Under the pieces are notes generated by a model that made no database searches, was not told the DNA's origin, and was given only the letters and a program-made list of their open reading frames with translations. A stretch of DNA of 64,000 nucleotides, taken from an uncultured Acidobacteriota bacterium (lineage in GTDB: Bacteria > Acidobacteriota > Thermoanaerobaculia > Gp7-AA8). Location: assembly GCA_963822445.1 (NCBI GenBank), contig CAWGHO010000003.1, positions 544,001 through 608,000 of the forward strand. The letters run 5' to 3'. A program made the translations under genes and the position numbers. Below are positions 45,435-55,051 of this stretch, one piece after another (the first letter of the stretch is position 1; each line of letters opens with the position of its first letter).

Positions 45435-47315
45435 ATGAGCCACGGCGACATCGCCTATTGCCGCATCCATCCAGCCATCGGAATCGCCCGCGTCGGTGGC
45501 AGCAAGGAGTTCCTCATCGGACCGGAAGTGCCGGACGAAGAGCGCAAGCCGCCGTCGCCGAAATACGGCTTCAAGGACAAGGACGGGCAGATCCTCCGTC
45601 AGGCCGCGCGCTTCCGCATCTACGGCTACGACAAGGACGGGAAAGTCGTCGCCGAGCTCACTCCCGACTCCAGCGTCGACATCACCTGGAAGGTCGACGT
45701 AGCGAACACGAAGTCGGCCTGGTACGACTTCGACCTGGCCATGGACATCCCCGAGTTCAGCGGAAGCGAGGGCACGCCGCCGATGAAGAGCGCGTTGCGC
45801 AACGCGGACGAAACGAATCGCGCGTCGCTGTCCATCACCCCGAAGCCGCGCGAGATCAAAGGGAAGAACACCAGCGGCGCGAAGTACGTCTTCGACGACG
45901 GAACCTTCTACGGAAAGAAAGTCCCCCTCGGCGAGCTCCAGACCGACGCCGACGGCCATTTGCTCTTCCTCCCGGCCTTCGGCAAGTCCGCATCGAAGGA
46001 CGGCAAGCCGGCGGAGACCTTCGCCAACAATCCCGGATGGCATGACGATGTCGCCGATGGTCCGGTCACTGCGACGGTCACCATCAACAAGAAACAGGTG
46101 AACGTCGAGCATGCCTGGGTCGTGGTCGGGCCGCCCGATTACGCGCCGGGCATCATCGCCGTCACCACGATGTGGGACGTGATCCGCGACGCGGGCCTGA
46201 AACTCGATCCGTCGCTCATGCCCGCGCAGCCTTCGTATCAGCGCGACATCATGCCGATCTTCTCGCGGCTCTATCAGAACCAATGGGTGAACGGCGGCTT
46301 CGGCAAGTTGTGGGGCTGGGGCTCCTTCGAGAACACCAATCAGCTCCTGGCCAACCTCGGCAACAAATCCGAGTTCTACCGCCCGCTGCGCGAATCGTGG
46401 TTCGCGCGGTTCCGCAATCCGAACTTTGCAACGATCGACGGCGACGCCATCCCGCCGGTCTACGGCGACGGCGTCGATTTTCCGCCGACCAATCCGCGGC
46501 AGTGGTACGCGGTCACGGAGATGCAGTACGAGATGTTGCGTCGCTGGGCCAACGCGGACTTTGTCGCGGACTACAACGCCGATCCTCCGCCGCAGCACCT
46601 GTCCGACTACCCGCTGGAGGAGCAGCCGACGGTGCTCGATACCGCGGCACTCGACAACACCATCGGCGGTCCGTTTCACCCCGGCTGCGAAATGACCTGG
46701 CCGATGCGGCAGCCGATCATGTACGACGCGCCGTTCCGCGTGAAACTGCGCGCGACGCCGGAGCCAGATTACGGACCGGTCATGACCACCGACAAAGTGC
46801 TCGCGAAAGGCGGTCCGCTGGACGGCAGCCGCCCCGGCTCGATCAGTCAATGGATGGCCGTGCCCTGGCAGACCGACACGTCGAGCTGTCTGTACGCGTA
46901 CATCGGCTGGCAGGACGGCGTGTTCCTGCCGACGTTCTGGCCGGTGCGCGTTCCGAACAACGTGCTCACCCAGGAGCAGTACGCGATCGTAAAGGACGAG
47001 AAGACCGCGATGAATGCGCGGCGCGCGGCGTTCGCGTACGACAACCGGATGTACTGGCTGCGCGGGCTGCCTCCGCGCGAGACCTACAAGCTGGTCATCA
47101 ACGATTTCGTGAAGCAGTGGAACGAGGTGGGAATCGTCACGCTGCAACCGGGCGCCAAAGGCTTCCCCGACCCGATGCACGTCGAGCTGGGGATGAACGT
47201 GAAGAAGGCCAAGCCGAAGCTGATGGTGGCCGCGCTGAAGTCGACGATGGACGAGCGGGACATCGACGCCGATCGCCGTCCGGCGAATCTGCCGAACCCG
47301 CGGGATTACCGGTGA
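45435..47315 (+). CDS. LodA/GoxA-family CTQ-dependent amino-acid oxidase
   Basis: IHPAIGIARVG, RQAARFRIY, GWHDD..DGPV, FHPGCEMTW, PWQTDTSSC, FWPVRVP (candidate CTQ Cys/Trp). Confidence 0.92.
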   Translation: MSHGDIAYCRIHPAIGIARVGGSKEFLIGPEVPDEERKPPSPKYGFKDKDGQILRQAARFRIYGYDKDGKVVAELTPDSSVDITWKVDVANTKSAWYDFDLAMDIPEFSGSEGTPPMKSALRNADETNRASLSITPKPREIKGKNTSGAKYVFDDGTFYGKKVPLGELQTDADGHLLFLPAFGKSASKDGKPAETFANNPGWHDDVADGPVTATVTINKKQVNVEHAWVVVGPPDYAPGIIAVTTMWDVIRDAGLKLDPSLMPAQPSYQRDIMPIFSRLYQNQWVNGGFGKLWGWGSFENTNQLLANLGNKSEFYRPLRESWFARFRNPNFATIDGDAIPPVYGDGVDFPPTNPRQWYAVTEMQYEMLRRWANADFVADYNADPPPQHLSDYPLEEQPTVLDTAALDNTIGGPFHPGCEMTWPMRQPIMYDAPFRVKLRATPEPDYGPVMTTDKVLAKGGPLDGSRPGSISQWMAVPWQTDTSSCLYAYIGWQDGVFLPTFWPVRVPNNVLTQEQYAIVKDEKTAMNARRAAFAYDNRMYWLRGLPPRETYKLVINDFVKQWNEVGIVTLQPGAKGFPDPMHVELGMNVKKAKPKLMVAALKSTMDERDIDADRRPANLPNPRDYR

Positions 47316-48376
47316 TGTTCGACGTCGCGATCGTGGGCGGCGGACCGGCGGCGTCGGTCACGGCGATGCTGCTCGCGCGCGCGGGCAAGTCCTGCGTGAT
47401 TCTCGAGCGGGGCGACGACACCGGCGACAAACCGGGCGAGAGCCTGCCACCGAGCGCGCGTCCGCTGCTCGAGCGACTTGAGTTGTGGGATGCCTTGGCG
47501 GCGGATGGACACCGGCGCTGTCACGGAAATCGCTCGCGCTGGGGATCGGATGTGATCGAGGAGATGCCGTTCGTCTTCTCGCCGTACGGGCACGGATGGC
47601 ATCTCGACCGGCGGCGGTTCGAGCGCCTGCTGATCTCTCGCGCGGTCGGCGTTGAAAGGCGGACCGGGACGCGCGTTGTCGAAGCGACGCGGGATGGGCA
47701 CTGGAAGCTTCGGTGCGATGACGGATCGGTCGTTGCGGCTTTGTTCGTGGTTGATGCAACAGGTCGTGCGAGCTGGTTTGCGCGGCGGGCTGGTGCGAAG
47801 CGTGTGCTGGATAACGCGCTGGTGGCGTATGTGTCGTTTGAGGCAGGAGAGGAGAGAGACTCGTTCACGTTTGTGGAGGCGCATGAAAACGGCTGGTCCT
47901 ACACCGCGCCGATTCCGGATGGACGGCGCGTGAAGATGTTCGTCACCGATCCCGGCAACACGATGGTTGAAGGTCGTCGCGTCGATGCCAGCTCCATGTG
48001 CCTCGATCGCGTAACCGGCGATGGGTGGCTCGCCGTCGGCGACGCAGCTGCGGCCCCCGATCCCCTTTCATCGCATGGCCTGGGTAACGCCATGGCTCAG
48101 GCCATCGAGGCCGCGGCGGCGATCGTCAGCGGCTCGTTCGCGCGTTACGAACGGATGGTCGACACGATGTGGGAGAGCTACGTGCGAGTGCGGCACGCGA
48201 CTTACGCGCTCGAGCAGCGCTGGCCGCACTCGCGGTTCTGGCTAACGAATCAGCACCACGTCCAGCGCGTCGACGACGCGCGTGATCACGGCCTGCTTCC
48301 CGTCCTTGCGCCAGGCGTAATCAATGATCATCCCTTCGCTGAACCAGGTCAGCTGCTTCGAGGTGTCCGCTCCTAG
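47315..48376 (+). CDS. LodB/GoxB-family flavoprotein (CTQ biogenesis)
   Basis: DVAIVGGGPA, KPGESLPP, GWHLDR..F, VDATGR, VGDAA...DPLSS.G, EQRWP.S.FW; ORF then runs 135 nt into the convergent kinase gene. Confidence 0.88.
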   Translation: MFDVAIVGGGPAASVTAMLLARAGKSCVILERGDDTGDKPGESLPPSARPLLERLELWDALAADGHRRCHGNRSRWGSDVIEEMPFVFSPYGHGWHLDRRRFERLLISRAVGVERRTGTRVVEATRDGHWKLRCDDGSVVAALFVVDATGRASWFARRAGAKRVLDNALVAYVSFEAGEERDSFTFVEAHENGWSYTAPIPDGRRVKMFVTDPGNTMVEGRRVDASSMCLDRVTGDGWLAVGDAAAAPDPLSSHGLGNAMAQAIEAAAAIVSGSFARYERMVDTMWESYVRVRHATYALEQRWPHSRFWLTNQHHVQRVDDARDHGLLPVLAPGVINDHPFAEPGQLLRGVRS

Positions 48377-51070
48377 CGGGCGAAGCCAGAGATTCATCGC
48401 CCCTTTCTCCTCGCGGACATACGACAGCGCGTCCCCTTTCGGATGCCACTGGTACATCGCCCCGTCGAGATCGATGGTCTGCATCGCGCTGCCGCCCATG
48501 ACCGGAGCGATGGCCACGGCCGAATGAATCTTGTCGGGCGTACCGGTCGCCGCGGCCACCAGCGCGCCATCGGGCGAGATCGACGATTCATGCGCGCGGC
48601 CGTCGAGCACTTCCTCGACCCTGCCGCCCGCGACCGGCACGCGATAAACGCGCAGCATGTCCTTGTCGTAGCCGGTGAAGAGCAAGGTCCTGCCGTCGGG
48701 CGTGTAGCGGATGTCGTGGAGGATCGCCGTACGCGCGGCGATGCGCCGGCGCTCGCCGCCATTCGATGGCATCACCCACAGCACCCACTCGTTCGTCTTC
48801 GTGTCCAGCGATGCGAAGGCGATCGAGCTCGAATCGGGCGAAAGCGCGAAGGCCGCGTCGCGCGGACCATTCGTCAGCTTCACGCGGTTCGTGCCGTCCG
48901 GTGCAACGCGCCACAACGTCTGCGTGCCGGCGCCGCTCGAGATGTAGGCGATGAACGAGCCGTTCACGGAAGGCAGTGGCCGCAGCTCGTACGCCGTGTC
49001 ATCGGTGAGGCGCGTGACCTCGTTGTCCTTGCGGATGAACAGGTCCATCTTCCCGTCGCCGATCGACGCGTAAATCAGTCGATCGCCGAGCCAGGCCACG
49101 CCCGACGATCCAGTCGCCGATCCGACTCCGGACGTGAGCTGTTTCACGCCGCCGGTCGCGGAGGCCTCGAACAGATTCGATTGCCGGATGACCTGAATCG
49201 CCGCAACGGCGCCGTTCTCGCTGACCGTCGGCCCCCACAATTCGGTGAGGTCGCTGGTCAAGGCCGTGGCCTTGCCGTTGGTGATGTCGATGCTGAAGAG
49301 GCGGAAGTGGCCGCCGGTCTCGTCGTCCGTCGCCGCGGTGACGAGATGTTTGTCGTCGCGCCAGCCCAGTCCGCGGAAGCCGTCGAAGGCGATGTCCGTG
49401 CTGATCGTGCGCACCGCGCCATTCTTCACTTCGACGCTCACCAGCTTCGTTTGTTGGATCGCCACGATCCGCGATCCGTCGGGCGACCAGGCCGGGTACA
49501 TGGCCCGGTCGGGCATCTTGAATTGCGCCAGCTCGTGCACGTTCGTGCCGTCCGCGTTGGCGACGAGGATCGTGCTGGTCCCCTTGTTGAAGTCATCGCG
49601 CACGAACGCGAGCTCTTTGTTGTCGGGCGAAAGCGTGGCGCGGCTGTCCACGTCCTTCACCAGCGGTTCGGCCGTGCCGCCGAGAATCGGCACGCGGTAG
49701 AGCGTGCCCAGCGGGCCGCCGTCGTAGCGCGTGAAGTAGATGTACTCGCCGTCGCGTGAGAAAGAGATCCCCGCGTACATCGCGCTCTGCGCGGGAATGA
49801 TGGTCAGCGTGCGGCCCGTGGCGATCTGCTCGAGCCACATCGTCCGGCCGTTCGCATCGGAGGTGATGTACGCGACGTAGCGTCCGTCCGGCGAGATCAC
49901 CGCTTGCGTCGCGTGACCATCGTTGGTGACGCGGCGAACGCTCGCTTCCGGCGTCTCGCCCGTGGCAGCGCTCTCGGGAGCGCGGCCGAGGAAGATGAAG
50001 GCCAGGATCGGAACGGCGACGATGAGGGCGAGGAGCAGCGCCAGACGCGTGTTGATGTGCGGATACAGCGGGCCGGCAGCCAGGATCGGCGCCGACCGCG
50101 CGCCGCTCTCGCCATGCCACTGGCGGAGGTCGGCGGCGACGTCGCGGATCGACTGGTACCGCGCCTCGCGGTCCTTGGCCAGGCAGCGCTCCACGATCAT
50201 CTGCAGCTCGAGCGGTGTGTTCGGCGCGATCTGGCCGAGGGGTGGCGGATCTTCGTGAATGATCTTGTAGAGCGTGTCGACGAACGACTCCGCTTCGAAG
50301 GGGCGCGCGTGGCTGATGGCCTCGTAGAGGATGCAGCCGAACGCGAAGATGTCCGCGCGGCCGTCGAGCGGCTTGCCGACGATCTGCTCCGGCGCCATGT
50401 ACGCCGGCGTTCCGAGGAGCTCGCCGTGCGCGGTGAGGGCGCGGAGAGTGGGGGAATCGGCGCCGATCGGATTCCAGGACGTGTCCGTGAGCTTGGCCAG
50501 ACCGAAGTCGACGATCTTCGCGTAACCGTCGCGCGAGACGAGGATGTTGTCCGGCTTGAGATCGCGGTGAATGATCCCCGCGGAGTGCGCCTTGCCCAAA
50601 CCGTCCGCGACCTGCGCAAGGAGCTCCACGCTGCGCCGCAGCGGCATGTTGCCCTGATGCAGAGCTTCGCGAAGTGTTTCCCCTTCGACGAGCTCCATGG
50701 AGATGTAGTGCACTTCCGGACGCCGCACCGGTTTCTGATCGATGGGATGGACGCCGATGACCGGCTTGGCGTGACCGACTTCGTGAATGCCGACGATGTG
50801 CGGATGGCTGAGCGCCGACGCGGCCCGCGCTTCATGCGCGAAGCGGCGTACTCGTTCGCGATCGCCGGTGAGGTCGGGAGGAAGGACCTTCAGGGCGATG
50901 TCGCGATTGAGGGCGCGGTCATGAGCGCGGTAGACGTCGCCCATCGCGCCGGAACCGATCAGCGAGACGATCTTGTACCGGGCGATGCTCGTGCCCTCGG
51001 GAAAGGGCTCGCTCCGCGTTTCGTTCGCGGCAACCTGATCGGACTGGCGCTGTCTCTCCATGGATCCCAT
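48242..51070 (-). CDS. Ser/Thr protein kinase (Hanks type) with TM and extracellular PD40/TolB-like beta-propeller
   Basis: AGGAGG RBS; GSGAMG, ALK, HRDLKPDN, DFG, YMAPEQ; TM; repeated SPDG motifs. Confidence 0.93.
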   Translation of the reverse strand: MGSMERQRQSDQVAANETRSEPFPEGTSIARYKIVSLIGSGAMGDVYRAHDRALNRDIALKVLPPDLTGDRERVRRFAHEARAASALSHPHIVGIHEVGHAKPVIGVHPIDQKPVRRPEVHYISMELVEGETLREALHQGNMPLRRSVELLAQVADGLGKAHSAGIIHRDLKPDNILVSRDGYAKIVDFGLAKLTDTSWNPIGADSPTLRALTAHGELLGTPAYMAPEQIVGKPLDGRADIFAFGCILYEAISHARPFEAESFVDTLYKIIHEDPPPLGQIAPNTPLELQMIVERCLAKDREARYQSIRDVAADLRQWHGESGARSAPILAAGPLYPHINTRLALLLALIVAVPILAFIFLGRAPESAATGETPEASVRRVTNDGHATQAVISPDGRYVAYITSDANGRTMWLEQIATGRTLTIIPAQSAMYAGISFSRDGEYIYFTRYDGGPLGTLYRVPILGGTAEPLVKDVDSRATLSPDNKELAFVRDDFNKGTSTILVANADGTNVHELAQFKMPDRAMYPAWSPDGSRIVAIQQTKLVSVEVKNGAVRTISTDIAFDGFRGLGWRDDKHLVTAATDDETGGHFRLFSIDITNGKATALTSDLTELWGPTVSENGAVAAIQVIRQSNLFEASATGGVKQLTSGVGSATGSSGVAWLGDRLIYASIGDGKMDLFIRKDNEVTRLTDDTAYELRPLPSVNGSFIAYISSGAGTQTLWRVAPDGTNRVKLTNGPRDAAFALSPDSSSIAFASLDTKTNEWVLWVMPSNGGERRRIAARTAILHDIRYTPDGRTLLFTGYDKDMLRVYRVPVAGGRVEEVLDGRAHESSISPDGALVAAATGTPDKIHSAVAIAPVMGGSAMQTIDLDGAMYQWHPKGDALSYVREEKGAMNLWLRPLGADTSKQLTWFSEGMIIDYAWRKDGKQAVITRVVDALDVVLIR

Positions 51071-51219
51071 GGAACCTCCTCCGCGCGTGGTGCCTTGAGC
51101 TTTTCGAGAACCCTCGCAACGGTATACGCGTAAAAACACGGGCCAGGGTCGCGTCGTAGTGCCGGGGCGGTGAAGGTTCTGTGACGCGCATAAAATCGCC
51201 GCGTAAACCAGGAGGCGAC

Positions 51220-51981
51220 ATGACTGCAGTGACATCACATCAACCGGGAACGTTTTGCTGGATCGAGCTCGGAACGAGCGACGCCGTGGGAGCGAAGAAG
51301 TTCTACACGGACCTCTTGGCGTGGAGCACGAACGAGCACGACATGGGGGAGATGGGGATCTACTACATCTTTCAGAAGGACGGGAAAGACGTCGCGGCGA
51401 TGTATCAGCTCGGCGGAGAGATGGCCGGCATCCCGCCGCACTGGCTCTCATACGTGTCGGTTGCAAACGCCGACGACACCGCCGCGAAAGTGAAGACCCT
51501 CGGCGGAACCGTGGCCAAAGATCCCTTCGACGTGTACGACATGGGCCGCATGGCCGTGCTGATCGATCCGCAGGGCGGACACTTTGCCGTGTGGCAGCCG
51601 ATGTCGCACATCGGCGTGCAGGCGCGCGATGAAGAGAACGCCCTTTGCTGGAACGAGCTGCAGGCGCGCGATCTCGATGCGGCAAAGAAGTTCTACACCG
51701 CGCTCTTCGGATGGACCAGCAAGGACTCTCCCGAATACACGGAATGGCACCTCGGCGACAAAGGCATTGGCGGAATGATCGCCTCCCAGGCGCCGCCGGA
51801 AGTGCCGTCGTACTGGCTGCCGTACTTTGCGGTCGCGAATTGTGATGACGCGACGGAGAAAGCGCAGGCGGGTGGTGGACATGTGGTCGTGCCGCCGATG
51901 GACATCGAGAAAGTGGGACGGTTTTCGGTCATCGCCGATCCGCAGGGAGCAATGTTCGCGGTGATCAAAGTCGCGATGTAA
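51220..51981 (+). CDS. VOC/glyoxalase family protein (two domains)
   Basis: GGAGG RBS; duplicated CW.EL...D...AKKFY..L..W and GR..V..DPQG. Confidence 0.92.
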   Translation: MTAVTSHQPGTFCWIELGTSDAVGAKKFYTDLLAWSTNEHDMGEMGIYYIFQKDGKDVAAMYQLGGEMAGIPPHWLSYVSVANADDTAAKVKTLGGTVAKDPFDVYDMGRMAVLIDPQGGHFAVWQPMSHIGVQARDEENALCWNELQARDLDAAKKFYTALFGWTSKDSPEYTEWHLGDKGIGGMIASQAPPEVPSYWLPYFAVANCDDATEKAQAGGGHVVVPPMDIEKVGRFSVIADPQGAMFAVIKVAM

Positions 51982-52139
51982 TGCGGTGGCGGCCTCTTCC
52001 GCTTTGCGTCGCACGCAATGTTTTCCATGGACGGAATGCAATACAGGTATCCTGCGTTGACCCATCACGCTCCTGAAGAGATTTGCAACACCAAGTTGGA
52101 TCTCCTGGGCAGCAAGATTCGAGAAAGGAGATCCACCCC

Positions 52140-52343
52140 ATGCGTCAGACCGGAACCGTCAAATGGTTCAACGATGCGAAGGGCTTCGGTTTCATCACGA
52201 CCGAGCGTGGCGAGGACGTGTTCGTTCACTTCTCGGCCATCAATTCCAAGGGCTTCCGCAGCCTGCAGGAAGGCGCTCAGGTCGAGTTCGACGTGACCGA
52301 AGGTCCGAAGGGCCTTCAGGCCGCGAACGTCACCGTCGGCTAA
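52140..52343 (+). CDS. Cold-shock protein (CspA family)
   Basis: [34 protein letters not shown]. Confidence 0.97.
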   Translation: MRQTGTVKWFNDAKGFGFITTERGEDVFVHFSAINSKGFRSLQEGAQVEFDVTEGPKGLQAANVTVG

Positions 52344-52362
52344 TACCAAACGCCGTAAACTG

Positions 52363-52390
52363 AAAAGGCCGGGCGAAAGCCCGGCCTTTT
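52363..52390 (+). terminator. Rho-independent terminator (potentially bidirectional)
   Basis: AAAAGGCCGGGC-GAAA-GCCCGGCCTTTT after the csp stop. Confidence 0.9.
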
Positions 52391-52401
52391 CGCGTTTGTA
52401 G

Positions 52402-52505
52402 CGTACCGCGGGCGTCTCGCCCGCCCTCGTCCGGGCATCCTGCCCGGACGTCACGAGCCGCGGGCGCAACGCCCGCGGCAATGCGGGCTGGACGCCCGCC
52501 GTACG
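52402..52505. repeat. BIME-like four-hairpin REP module (copy 2)
   Basis: Same termini, length (~104 bp) and hairpin layout as 44270-44372. Confidence 0.75.
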
Positions 52506-52509
52506 CGCC

Positions 52510-53079
52510 TCACTTCTTCCGCGTGTAAACCATCTCCATGCTCTTGTACATCGTGCCGTCCGGCGCCATCCCGTACATCTCGAAGGTGTGCTGGTCGGCG
52601 CTGTTGATGGTGATGCGCTCTTCGACCCGCGTGTCCTTGCCGGTCAACGGATCGGGGTAGGACCCTGAAAACATCCAGGTCTTCGCATCAGGCATCCAGC
52701 CGGTGGACGTCATCATGGCCGTGGACATGCTGTCCATCCACGTGCCCCAGTACTGCTTCTTCACGTTGTCGTAGCCGGTGTAGCCGATCCCTTCGAACGG
52801 CGTCCCCATGAAATCGCTTTTGAAACGCTGCTCGAGATAACGGCCGCCCATGGCCCAGCGGTTTTCGGACGTGCCGGTGGTGGTCATCGGCGGAGCCCCC
52901 GGTGCCATCCACATCGACATCTTCGTGTTCCAGGTGCCGACGAAGACATCGAGTTTCTTATGTGGCTCACCCGGTGTTCCGGCCTTGGCCATCGCTTCCA
53001 TGGCCGCCTGATCCTGGGCCAACGCGGACATCGAGAAGACAACGAGCAGAGCTCCCGCGAGAATGATCCTGAGCTTCAT
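52510..53079 (-). CDS. DUF1579 family secreted protein
   Basis: AGGAGG RBS, signal peptide; TPGEPH..L...VG.W, MGGR.L, GYDN, WMDSMST. Confidence 0.88.
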   Translation of the reverse strand: MKLRIILAGALLVVFSMSALAQDQAAMEAMAKAGTPGEPHKKLDVFVGTWNTKMSMWMAPGAPPMTTTGTSENRWAMGGRYLEQRFKSDFMGTPFEGIGYTGYDNVKKQYWGTWMDSMSTAMMTSTGWMPDAKTWMFSGSYPDPLTGKDTRVEERITINSADQHTFEMYGMAPDGTMYKSMEMVYTRKK

Positions 53080-53106
53080 ACGCTCCTCCTTTTTGAGAAG
53101 GCGATA

Positions 53107-54672
53107 CTACTCCCAGGGGCGGGAGATGACGCAGGAGTTGATGCCGCCGACGCCCATGCTCAGTTTGCCGCTGTAGCCGCGCGGCGCTTCGCATCCATCC
53201 TGCTGCACGAACTTCGCGGTGTGCACTTTCACGTCCGCGTGCAGCTCGCCTTCGGTCAGCGGCATCGGGAAGAGCTTCCCTTTCGCGACGCCGAGGTGCT
53301 GGGCGGTGAGCTCCCAGCCGCCGCCGACGGACATCCCGTGGCCGAACGTGCCTTTGCGTGCCGTGAAAATCACGTCGGGGTGGAGCATCTCCAGCGAGTT
53401 CTCGATTTCCGTCGCGTCGCCGGGCGTCGCCGTGGCGTGCATGTCCCAGGTGGTGATTTCGCTAGCCTGCACATCTTCGAGCGCGGCCTTGATCGCGAGC
53501 TGCGGCCCGCCTTTCGACGGCGTGATGATGTGATGGGCATCCGATGACGCGCCGACTCCGACGATCTCCATGCCTACCGGCGTGAATCCCTGCGCGCGGA
53601 GGACATCGGCATCGCCGACGATCCAGATGCAAGAGCCACCGGCGACGTGCGTTCCTTTGAGTCCGGTCAGCGGCCGCGAGACGTCCGCGTCGGCGGAAAG
53701 GACGTTCGCGTTGTAGAACGCGGAGATGACCATCTCGTGCGGCGGAGGATCGGTCATGCCGATGACCACCGCCGTGGCATCGCCACGATGAATCGCGTCG
53801 ACGGCCATCTTCGTCGCCACGCCGAACGACGCGCAGGCCGCAACGGGCGCATACGCGGGGCCGACGATCTTGCCGAGCATGGAAATCTGCGCGGCGGGAA
53901 TGTTGACGATGTTCCAGAGCAGATTCGCCGACACCGCCGACCAGGGCTCTTCGGGGCAGCCGTACTTGCGATTGAGCGCGCGGATCTTGTTGAGCTTCGT
54001 GCGGATGTTGTTGAGCTTCGCCGATCCGGAGGACGGCGGCACCGGCTCGCCATGAATCTCCCGAGCCTCAGCCAGATACGCGCCGAGGGCATCGCTCTTC
54101 GCCGCCCAGAACGCTTCCCACTCGTACTTCGCCTCGATCCACTCTTCCGTGCCGATGCTGAGCTCCGACGGATCGCGCGGCGCTTCCGCGCTTGCGTTTC
54201 TATCGCGATGCGCGCGCAGCGGTGCACATCGATCGGCCGCGGCCCAGAACTCGTTCCAGCGTCGAAGGGCGCGCTCGTAGCGGATCGCTTCGTGCTGGGT
54301 GACGGTGATGTCGCCGATGCCCGTGCCGACGTAGACGTGGCACTTCGTGCCGAGGGATTGAAGGTACTGCTCGAGTCCCGGGTTCTGGCCGAGGGATTGG
54401 ATGAACGCGCCGATGGCGTATTGCACCATCGGTCCCATCTTGTCCTTCAGTTGCGCGTACTTGGCCGGCGGGAAGCGCTCGTCGAACCAGGGGCGGTACG
54501 CATCGAAGTCGAAGTCGGGGTAGCCGACGAGGAAATTGGACTGGCCGTAACCGGTGTAGGGTGAGAGCCAGGTATCGGTGCTTTCGAGGTTGCGCTCGAA
54601 CGCGTCGATGTTCGGCGACTTCGGCGCGACCAGACCCCAACCGAAAACGCCGATTCGCGGCCGCTGCGACAT
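53107..54672 (-). CDS. Atypical beta-ketoacyl synthase (FabF/FabB-like)
   Basis: Catalytic AACAS, MHATATPGD, FGHGMSVGG; C-terminal SMGVGG.N. Confidence 0.82.
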   Translation of the reverse strand: MSQRPRIGVFGWGLVAPKSPNIDAFERNLESTDTWLSPYTGYGQSNFLVGYPDFDFDAYRPWFDERFPPAKYAQLKDKMGPMVQYAIGAFIQSLGQNPGLEQYLQSLGTKCHVYVGTGIGDITVTQHEAIRYERALRRWNEFWAAADRCAPLRAHRDRNASAEAPRDPSELSIGTEEWIEAKYEWEAFWAAKSDALGAYLAEAREIHGEPVPPSSGSAKLNNIRTKLNKIRALNRKYGCPEEPWSAVSANLLWNIVNIPAAQISMLGKIVGPAYAPVAACASFGVATKMAVDAIHRGDATAVVIGMTDPPPHEMVISAFYNANVLSADADVSRPLTGLKGTHVAGGSCIWIVGDADVLRAQGFTPVGMEIVGVGASSDAHHIITPSKGGPQLAIKAALEDVQASEITTWDMHATATPGDATEIENSLEMLHPDVIFTARKGTFGHGMSVGGGWELTAQHLGVAKGKLFPMPLTEGELHADVKVHTAKFVQQDGCEAPRGYSGKLSMGVGGINSCVISRPWE

Positions 54673-54747
54673 AGGGGGCGCATTGTACCGAAATTGCATC
54701 AGTGGACTTCCGCACGTGCCAACATCCACGAACAGAGAGGTTTACCG

Positions 54748-55044
54748 TTGAAGAGCACACTCATGATCCGGGTCACCGCCGTCCTTCTGATTGCCGTAGC
54801 CGCGCTCGCCTGCAAGAAGGAGAAGGCCGTCACCGGCACCGCGGCGACGGAGACCATCGCGCCCGCGCAGCCTCAACCGGAAGCGACCGGCACCGGCGAT
54901 CTCACCCAGACCGTGGACATCGAAGACAGCCGCTCCGAAGCGGAGGGCGGCGTGCTGACCAAGCCGGGCGCGACGACGGAAACGACGGCTACTACCGCAA
55001 CCACGACCACGTCGACCGTCACGACTGCCACCACCACCCGATGA
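54748..55044 (+). CDS. Small Thr-rich lipoprotein
   Basis: GAGG before TTG (or ATG 54763); lipobox ALAC-KKEK; poly-Thr tail. Confidence 0.65.
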   Translation: MKSTLMIRVTAVLLIAVAALACKKEKAVTGTAATETIAPAQPQPEATGTGDLTQTVDIEDSRSEAEGGVLTKPGATTETTATTATTTTSTVTTATTTR

Positions 55045-55051
55045 CGTTGCA

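Noticed and set aside
47640-47890. T-richer codon patch inside lodB as a possible foreign insertion
   Set aside because: The frame stays open and encodes expected flavoprotein motifs (VDATGR); no boundaries or repeats
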